A stretch of 32,000 nt of DNA from an uncultured archaeon (GTDB taxonomy: Archaea; Iainarchaeota; Iainarchaeia; Iainarchaeales; Iainarchaeaceae): contig CAZNZM010000001.1 in NCBI GenBank assembly GCA_964577555.1, forward strand, positions 30,001-62,000. Direction: 5' to 3'. Below are positions 28,387 to 32,000 of this stretch, one piece after another. The stretch's first letter is position 1; each line of letters starts with the position of its first letter. A program made the translations under genes and the position numbers. The notes beneath the pieces are model-generated. The model was not told the DNA's origin, did no database searches, and saw only the letters and a program-made list of their open reading frames with translations.

Positions 28387-28700
28387 AAAATAAAATGTCT
28401 AAACGGCTCGCCAAAACAAACGACAAAAAAACAGCTTGGCACAAAAAAACTACTTGCAAAAAAAACAAATTCCAATTAAAAAAATGACAAAAAAAATAAT
28501 TGACAAAAAAACTTGGCTAGCAATATCAAAAAAAACAAAAACTAATTATAAAATTAAAAAAAATAAAATTGGCTCACAAAAAACAAACAACAAAAAAAAA
28601 CAAAATTGACCAAAAAAAAAGGCTAGGCAAAAACAACCCAACAAAAAATAAAAAATTCGCTAGAAAAGAACACAAAAAAAACTAGTCATAAGAAAAGAAA
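28387..28700. repeat. A-rich, G-poor intergenic tract; second member of the degenerate repeat family
   Basis: Motif copies at about 28403 (ACGGCTCGCCAAAA), 28435 (CTTGGCACAAAA), 28513 (TTGGCTAGCAA), 28569 (TTGGCTCACAAAA) and 28621 (GGCTAGGCAAAA). AAATTCCAATTAAAAAAATGACAAAAAAA at 28467 resembles 5786-5802 and 5850-5875. Confidence 0.6.
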
Positions 28701-28704
28701 AAAA

Positions 28705-29472
28705 TTAAAGCTTATAAACAAGAAAAAAAACCACAATTATTGCTATTATTGCAATTACAATAACTTTAAAATCGTCGTTCAGCAAATTTTGTTCGGCGTG
28801 TTTGTTGTTGTGCTTTGAATTCCTGTTTGGCAAAAAAAAATCAGTGATTGAACTTATAAAACTTGATATATACTTAAACCATGTCCTTAAATTGAACATT
28901 TCAACATAAGCTTCGCGAAGCAATTCTCGTTTGGTTTTTTCACGCAATGGTGGATTGCCGTCATCAATCAATTCTTTTGTAACTGCATTCATTGTTGCAA
29001 CATAGTTTATTTCATCAAGAGTGTATTCCAATACCCAAAATGGAACAAAAACCAATTCTATTCCAGAAATTATTACATTATTTTTTGAAGCATTTTTTTC
29101 AGCGGAGAGTGCAACCAAAATTATTTTTTTTACATCGCGTTCTGAAATTCTCGGGCTGACAACTTCATATTTGTAGTCATGCGTTATTTCGGGAGACTTG
29201 ATTCCGGATTCCAATACAGCCAAGTCGGAAAGTTCATGCGCTATTTCGTTGGTGAAAGCGTTGAAGGCCGAGTGTCCTTTGGCAATTATTTTGGTTTTTC
29301 CTGAAGATTCATCGTATATGTCGTATGAAAAAAAATAATATGGCAGGTACTTTATGTAAACTCTTCCAAATTGGTAATTATTATAGCCTTTTGAATCCAA
29401 TATGCGAGAAACTGTTTCTTCTGCGGTGATTATTTCAACATTTACGGAAAAAGCTGGTTTCTCGAGAAGCAT
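28705..29472 (-). CDS. Hypothetical protein with C-terminal transmembrane tail, cotranscribed with sepF
   Basis: 255 aa ORF ending DDFKVIVIAIIAIIVVFFLVYKL; 13 nt downstream of the sepF stop. Confidence 0.75.
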   Translation of the reverse strand: MLLEKPAFSVNVEIITAEETVSRILDSKGYNNYQFGRVYIKYLPYYFFSYDIYDESSGKTKIIAKGHSAFNAFTNEIAHELSDLAVLESGIKSPEITHDYKYEVVSPRISERDVKKIILVALSAEKNASKNNVIISGIELVFVPFWVLEYTLDEINYVATMNAVTKELIDDGNPPLREKTKRELLREAYVEMFNLRTWFKYISSFISSITDFFLPNRNSKHNNKHAEQNLLNDDFKVIVIAIIAIIVVFFLVYKL

Positions 29473-29485
29473 TTTTTTTCCTCAA

Positions 29486-29842
29486 TTACTCCCTTCTCTT
29501 AATGATTTTTACTCTGCTAGGAGTAACAAGGACTTTTTCTTGGCTTACCCTTGCAATGTCACCGTTTATGCTTTGGACTCCTGCTTTTATGCTATTCACC
29601 AATTCTTTGAGTTTTTGCGCGTTTCTTTTGCTCAAATCAGCAATATTTACTAACACTATGTTGCCTTTTTTTGCTTCTTCAAGCACCAAATCCCTGTCGG
29701 ATTCATTGTTAAGTGTTATAGGCTTAACAAAGGCATCAGCGTCTTCGTAAGGATCTTCTTGTTCAGTGTCCATTTTATTCAAAAATTCTTCTACATCAAA
29801 CTCATCCTTTTTTCTTCCAATGAGTTTTTCCATGAAAGCCAT
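29486..29842 (-). CDS. sepF: Archaeal SepF-like cell-division protein
   Basis: KPITLNNESDRDLVLEEAKKGNIVLVNIADLSKRNAQKLKELVNSIKAGVQSINGDIARVSQEKVLVTPSRVKI; SepF/DUF552-type core. Confidence 0.88.
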   Translation of the reverse strand: MAFMEKLIGRKKDEFDVEEFLNKMDTEQEDPYEDADAFVKPITLNNESDRDLVLEEAKKGNIVLVNIADLSKRNAQKLKELVNSIKAGVQSINGDIARVSQEKVLVTPSRVKIIKRRE

Positions 29843-30098
29843 TCAATAACCACCCCTCCAAATGAAAAAATTCTTATAGAAATTTGTATGAAGCCTATTT
29901 TAACCTTTTGTTTAAAAGAAAAAATTGAAAAAAATGCTGAAAAAAACTAAAAAAATGCCAAAAATAACGGCTTGAAATCAATTCGTGTTTTTTTGCCGTG
30001 TGAAAAATTAGAAATCCGAACTTAATACCGGAATTGGTTTAATTCCACAACTCAATTTTTTTTTATTAAGTTGCATTTATTTTGAATAGGGGGTTTTT
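29843..30098. other. Candidate replication origin/promoter region upstream of cdc6
   Basis: AT-rich divergent intergenic region between sepF and cdc6, containing GGAATT-GGTTT-AATTCC (30030-30046) and GTTTTTTTGCCG (29987-29998), a 12-mer repeated 3' of cdc6. Confidence 0.35.
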
Positions 30099-31301
30099 GT
30101 GGAGAATATTTTTGAAAAAGAATTTGCTAAAGAAACTATTTTTGTTGACCGCAATTTGATGACTCCGCATTATACTCCGAAAGTGTTGCCTTTCAGGGAG
30201 CCTTTTATTGAAAGCACTTCAAAAATATTGAGTGCCACCTTGAAAGGCGCGAAAGCCGACAATATTTTCATTTATGGCAAAACAGGAACAGGCAAAACCA
30301 GTGTGACAAAGCATGTCATGAATCAATTGCTTGAATTTGCTTCTTCTAAAAATGTGCCGGTTGAAGGCAATTATGTAAATTGCAGAAATCACAACAGCAA
30401 ATACAGAGTCATGATTAAAATAGTGAAAGACCTTTATCCGGAAGAAAATTTCCTTGGTTTTTCCGCTGCTTTTATTTATGAAAAACTCTTGGCTTACGCG
30501 AGAAAGGGCAAACAATTGGTAATTGTCTTGGACGAAATTGACAAAGTCAAGGATCTTGATGAACTTGTTTACGGGCTTACCAGGGCAAATGATGAATTGG
30601 ATAAAGGCAGCATAACTTTGATTGGAATCTCAAACAATTTAATGTTCAAAGAAAGACTTGACCCTCGAACAAAAAGCAGTTTATGCCAACATGAAATGGT
30701 TTTCCCGCCTTACAATGCACAAGAATTAGTAGAAATTTTAAAACAAAGAACCGCAATAGCGTTCAAGCCTAATACTGTTGACGAATCAGCAATAAATTTG
30801 GCCGCGGCAATTGCGGCGCAGGAATCCGGGGATGCAAGAACTGCAGTAATGCTTTTGCTTCGCGCTGGAGAACTTGCAGACATGAAAGGAGGCATAGTCA
30901 CTGACAAAGAAGTGCAAAAAGCAAAAAAACAGGTAGAGGAAGAGCTTATAATTAACATGGTTTCAACATTGCCTGAACAACAACAGCTTGTATTGTATTC
31001 AATAGCGTGCTTGTCATTGCAAAAAAAACCGATGCAAAAAATTACTGGGGAAAAAGAAACAGGAGTATTATTTTCAGGAGAAATTTATGACGAGTATTGC
31101 AAAATTTCAAAAAAATTCAAAGAGCAAACAGTCAGTGCTCGTTGGTATAGGGAATATATAACAGAACTTGAAATGTATGGCTTGATTTACACCGCAAATT
31201 CGGGCAAAGGGATTAAAGGGCAAACAACCCTAATAAAACTGGATTTTGAAGCTGAAAAAATAAAAAATTTGATAGAGAAGCAATTATTGGAAGTGAATTG
31301 A
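30099..31301 (+). CDS. cdc6: ORC1-type DNA replication protein (Cdc6/Orc1)
   Basis: AAA+ Walker A IFIYGKTGTGKTSVTKHV, Walker B LVIVLDEIDKVKD, sensor ITLIGISNNL and a C-terminal winged-helix region. GTG start with AGGGGG upstream. Confidence 0.95.
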   Translation: MENIFEKEFAKETIFVDRNLMTPHYTPKVLPFREPFIESTSKILSATLKGAKADNIFIYGKTGTGKTSVTKHVMNQLLEFASSKNVPVEGNYVNCRNHNSKYRVMIKIVKDLYPEENFLGFSAAFIYEKLLAYARKGKQLVIVLDEIDKVKDLDELVYGLTRANDELDKGSITLIGISNNLMFKERLDPRTKSSLCQHEMVFPPYNAQELVEILKQRTAIAFKPNTVDESAINLAAAIAAQESGDARTAVMLLLRAGELADMKGGIVTDKEVQKAKKQVEEELIINMVSTLPEQQQLVLYSIACLSLQKKPMQKITGEKETGVLFSGEIYDEYCKISKKFKEQTVSARWYREYITELEMYGLIYTANSGKGIKGQTTLIKLDFEAEKIKNLIEKQLLEVN

Positions 31302-31507
31302 ACTTTGTTTTATGATGTTTGTAATAAAAAATTAAAATTTGCATGTGCCTTGGCATTCAAATGCGACACTTATTGAGTGACCAGCCACTTATTTGTTTTT
31401 TTGCCGCGAAAAAAAGTTCTTCATCAATTCCTTAAAAGACAAGGATTTTTCTTGCAAGTATCAAATTTGAATTTGCGGTTTGGCATCAAAATTTACTCTG
31501 ACAAAAA

Positions 31508-32000
31508 TTATTTTTTTATCTCTAATTGTTTCTTTACTTTCAAAGCTGTTTTCTCGCCAAGAACCTTTTGAAGGTCTTTTATGTCGGTTTTTTTCACGTC
31601 AGAAATTGTTTTAACGCCTGCGTTGAAAAGTCTTCTCGCCCTTACGCGCCCAATGCCATTAAACTCGCAAAGATGTATCAACTCCTCTCTTATGCCTTTT
31701 TTAATCCTTTTGTGCAACTTTTTAAGTCTTGGCAAATGTTCTTTAATGTCCAAAATTCTTGCAATTTCATGCAAAGAATATACAAGCCAATCTGCATTTT
31801 CAACCATTGACATTAAAAAACCTGGCTTGATTCCGTAAGTGTCGCAAATAGCCTGCTCTTTGACTTCTGAAATCCAATCATTAAGAATACTGGCAGTCCA
31901 AACTCTTGAAACAAGCAACTCTTCCTCAGACATTTCATCGCCATTTACTGGAATGAATTCTCGGTATTCCTCTAACAAAGATAGTGCTTGCAAGTATTCT
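31508..32000 (-). CDS. hel308: Hel308-like (Ski2-type) DNA helicase, C-terminal part; 5' end outside window
   Basis: Frame open to the window edge. TASILNDWISEVKEQAICDTYGIKPGFLMSMVENADWLVYSLHEIARIL...RIKKGIREELIHLCEFNGIGRVRARRLFNAGVKTISDV (HhH) resembles Hel308 domains 4/5. Confidence 0.85.
   Translation of the reverse strand, partial: EYLQALSLLEEYREFIPVNGDEMSEEELLVSRVWTASILNDWISEVKEQAICDTYGIKPGFLMSMVENADWLVYSLHEIARILDIKEHLPRLKKLHKRIKKGIREELIHLCEFNGIGRVRARRLFNAGVKTISDVKKTDIKDLQKVLGEKTALKVKKQLEIKK

Noticed and set aside
28185-28487. 100-aa plus-strand lysine-rich ORF overlapping the polC end
   Set aside because: Overlaps the conserved Zn-binding C-terminal region of DP2 in another frame and extends into the A-rich intergenic tract. 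It has no independent evidence.
29843-30098. Canonical ORB/mini-ORB origin elements
   Set aside because: I searched by eye for TTCCAGTGGAAAC...GGGGG-type sequences and found none. The GGGGG before cdc6 is better explained as a Shine-Dalgarno sequence.
1-32000. tRNA or rRNA genes, transposases, integrases, toxin-antitoxin or defence genes
   Set aside because: No cloverleaf-like T-loop GGTTCRANNCC in the gaps, no recombinase signatures in any frame, and nearly all ORFs assign to housekeeping families. A tRNAscan-SE/Infernal run would be needed to exclude RNAs rigorously.

Overview
This is an AT-rich archaeal chromosomal window. The protein sequences and gene complement suggest a DPANN-like archaeon, but that placement is inference. 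Nearly all of it is coding. In order it holds: the Rpo7 C-terminus, Spt4, eS24, eS31 (S27ae) and a CPBP protease; TsaC/Sua5 and Kae1; an APC permease and a small membrane protein; a divergent HTH regulator beside a grpE-(small ORF)-dnaK-dnaJ chaperone cluster; valS; two hypothetical genes; a stand-alone Bud32; uS15 and eS1; a DUF92 protein; SppA; CarS overlapping an archaeosortase/exosortase-family gene; SecD and SecF; a NOG1-like GTPase; a UPF0147 protein; PolD small (DP1) and large (DP2) subunits; a tail-anchored hypothetical gene with SepF; Cdc6/Orc1; and the C-terminus of a Hel308-like helicase. I saw no CRISPR array, transposase, rRNA or convincing tRNA. The observations most worth a second look are: (1) A-rich, G-poor intergenic tracts at about 5.5-6.1 kb and 28.4-28.7 kb sharing a degenerate repeated motif (YGGCTCRCMAAAA-like); (2) a 19-bp palindrome between the HTH regulator and grpE, plus a second inverted repeat around the dnaJ TATA-like box, suggesting a chaperone regulon; (3) carS overlapping an archaeosortase-family gene, which could link lipid synthesis to lipid-anchored protein processing; (4) an unannotated 36-aa ORF between grpE and dnaK; (5) a tail-anchored protein gene paired with sepF; (6) a candidate origin region around cdc6 next to PolD; and (7) non-canonical residues in the DP1 phosphoesterase motifs. 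I found no unambiguous novel defence or mobile system.
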